A stretch of DNA of 53,960 nt, the filler included, from Squatina squatina (taxonomy: Eukaryota), in NCBI GenBank assembly GCA_031763465.1. It is 3 parts of 3 records of this genome, joined end to end, with 100 filler letters (N's around TTAATTAATTAA, not from the genome) between each part and the next. Parts side by side here need not be neighbours in the genome. Positions count along the whole stretch, not along the records: positions 38,551 to 53,960 come from JARFOE010000019.1; 2 more parts are not named here. One strand, given 5' to 3'. The notes beneath the pieces were generated by a model, which saw only the letters and a program-made list of their open reading frames with translations, was not told the DNA's origin and did no database searches. Positions 51,664-53,960 of this stretch are shown here, piece after piece. The position numbers were made by a program, and so were the translations under genes. Numbering within the stretch: the first letter of the stretch is position 1; each line of letters begins with the position of its first letter.

Positions 51664-51815
51664 GTACAAGAAGCAGGCGATGTACTTATCCAAACTGCAT
51701 CAGGACCAGCCTCTTCACCCAGTGGACCGCACGGTCTACTGGCTCAACTATGTTCTCCGTCACGATGGAGCGACACATCTACGCCCTACCCTGTACGACC
51801 TGTCCTTCCATCAGT
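51664..51815 (+). CDS. UGT8: UGT8-like last coding exon, 5' part (cut by gap)
   Basis: Acceptor ctgatcaccag, then (R)YKKQAMYLSKLHQDQPLHPVDRTVYWLNYVLRHDGATHLRPTLYDLSFHQ, the typical pre-transmembrane UGT segment. Runs into Ns at 51816. Confidence 0.9.
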
Positions 51816-51915
51816 NNNNNNNNNNNNNNNNNNNNNNNNNNNNNNNNNNNNNNNNNNNNNNNNNNNNNNNNNNNNNNNNNNNNNNNNNNNNNNNNNNNNN
51901 NNNNNNNNNNNNNNN

Positions 51916-51970
51916 AATAGTCCTGTTCCTATGTTCATTGGGATTCCCATGATAATGCACTCTGACACAC
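51916..51970 (-). CDS. POLR3A: POLR3A last exon, 5' part (cut by gap)
   Basis: Acceptor cttctaaag, then (G)VSECIIMGIPMNIGTGL, the conserved region H end of RPC1. A 155-bp intron separates it from the preceding exon. Confidence 0.92.
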
Positions 51971-52054
51971 CTTTAGAAGCAAAGGGAAGAGCCAGTGAGT
52001 GGGATGGAAGCTGTTAGGAGCACAGAGAACAAAGACTAATGAACAGTACACTTA

Positions 52055-52288
<234 letters not shown>

Positions 52289-52551
52289 TTAAGTGGCATG
52301 CAACTTAATCCTTGTTCGACATGCAGAGATGAATGCTAAAAATCCCAAATGTGGAAACTAAACATCTCTTGGAATTGTTTTGGAAATGGCTACAAATCAG
52401 TTTGGAGGGGGGGGGGGGGGTGGCGGGAGAGGAGAGGAGAGGAGAGTGGATNNNNNNNNNNNNNNNNNNNNNNNNNNNNNNNNNNNNNNNNNNNNNNNNN
52501 NNNNNNNNNNNNNNNNNNNNNNNNNNNNNNNNNNNNNNNNNNNNNNNNNNN

Positions 52552-53058
52552 CAGAAGGCTGTAAAGTACCTAATCGAAAGATGAAGTGCTGTTCCTCGAG
52601 CTTGCGATGGAACAGTGTAAGAGGCCAAGGACAGAAAGACCAGAGTAGGAATGAAGGGGAGAATTAAAGTGACAAGCGACCGGAAGCTCGGGGTCACGCT
52701 TACGGACTGAACGAAGGTGTTTTGAAAAGCAGTCACTCAATCTGCGTTTGGTCTCCCCAATGTAGAGGAGACCACATCGTGAGCAGTGAATACAGTATTC
52801 TAAATTGAAAGTAGTACAAGTAAATCGCTATCTCACCTGGAAGGAGTGTTTGGGGCCCTGGACAGTGGGAAGGGAGGACGTAAAAGAGCAGGTGTTGCAT
52901 CTCTTGCTTGCTTGCGCAGAAAGGTGTTGTGGGAAGGGGAGGGGGTGATGGAGGTGTGGACTAGGGTGTCGTGGAGGGAGTGGTCCCATCAGAATGCAGA
53001 AAGGGAAGGGGAGGGACATATGTGTTTGGTAGTGGGATCATGCTGGAGGTGGCGGAAA
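52552..53058 (-). mobile_element. Penelope-like element GIY-YIG fragment in POLR3A intron
   Basis: Minus strand KRCNTCSFTSSLPTVQGPKHSFQVR*RFTCTTFNLEYCIHCSRCGLLYIGETKRRL shows the Cys motif and the YIG of the endonuclease. Same family as 15878-16482. Confidence 0.88.
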
Positions 53059-53292
53059 CGTTATCTGCCTATTGCATCCCAAGGCAGAGGTAGCTGAAGC
53101 CTAACCTACCAAGTGTCCACCTAGTCATAGGCAACACACTTTGCCTTTGTTGCTCTGGGGGCAGCCAAAGGACATCTATCAAACATCTATCATCTATCTG
53201 GATTCAATCCAGACCACTTGGTCTGTGGCCGGGTGGACTAAAGAAATTGTTCTTCAGTGAATCATCTTGTTCTGGGAGCTACGGATTCTAAC

Positions 53293-53424
53293 CTTGTACG
53301 TCATCAGGTCTGACAAAAGCATGACATGTCTTCTGTCAATGCTCATCCCATGATTTTTCATTGTATACTGGATCTCGTGGATGATGGTGGATCGAGCACC
53401 TTCGATCCCCAATGTCTTCTCCAC
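53293..53424 (-). CDS. POLR3A: POLR3A third-last exon (132 bp)
   Basis: Acceptor ttgtccacag and donor gttaga. Encodes [44 protein letters not shown], in phase with the next exon. Confidence 0.95.
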
Positions 53425-53960
53425 CTGTGGACAATTTCAAAACACAAACTTAAAGTGTCAACATTTCTAGTCTAATTTTCAAAAGATTTTCAAGCAAGCA
53501 CGGAAGGCTAAGTTGAAGGTAATTGTGGAGCTTATTCAGCTACCCTCACATTTGAAGGAGGCTCCTGTGGGTGAGTGGCATCAATAATTAAATTCAGGAT
53601 GCAATGCAAAAAAATCTCATACACGCCCACACACACTTTATCATACGCACATACCACCGTGAACTATAGAGAGAATCCGAGGCATTCTTCCTGCTTATCT
53701 ACAAGAAAAATTCTCTATGTTACACACAAGATCACAAATTAGGGAAGATCACTTGATTTATCTTAGTTTATACATGCAGAGAAACAACCCTATTACATCA
53801 TCTAACTGAGCTCTGAATAAGGCTTTCACCTCCGCTACTCTACCAGGAAAACCATTCCAAGTACTGATCGCTCCACAAGAATTTCTTGCTGACATCTGCC
53901 ATAAATTTACCTTTTAATGGTTCTAACCATTATGGCTTTGGATGAAGGACAGGTGGTTCC

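Overview
Gappy vertebrate genomic DNA, most likely a cartilaginous fish (inferred from its CR1/HER-type LINEs, Deu-domain SINEs, Penelope elements and Harbinger remnants). It is not one contiguous locus. Two artificial N44-TTAATTAATTAA-N44 spacers (23377-23476, 38451-38550) split it into three scaffolds, and about 28 further 100-N gaps hide many exons. Scaffold 1 (1-23376) carries minus-strand exons of SLC17A9 (5 seen, including the stop exon) and GID8 (2 seen), in the gene order known from human 20q13. Scaffold 2 (23477-38450) carries one clear minus-strand MDH1B exon and decayed Harbinger Myb/SANT and HARBI1 fragments. Scaffold 3 (38551-53960) carries two minus-strand CaMKII exons (probably CAMK2G), a plus-strand UGT8-like ceramide galactosyltransferase gene (3 exons seen) and the last three exons of POLR3A converging on it. 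Exon identities come from my recollection of the human proteins plus intact splice sites and phases, not from a database search. Best leads: the UGT8 paralogue between CaMKII and POLR3A, an apparently intact minimal hammerhead ribozyme in a Penelope 3' end inside SLC17A9, and a perfect 18-bp hairpin at 47411-47456. I see no convincing evidence of an entirely new biological system.
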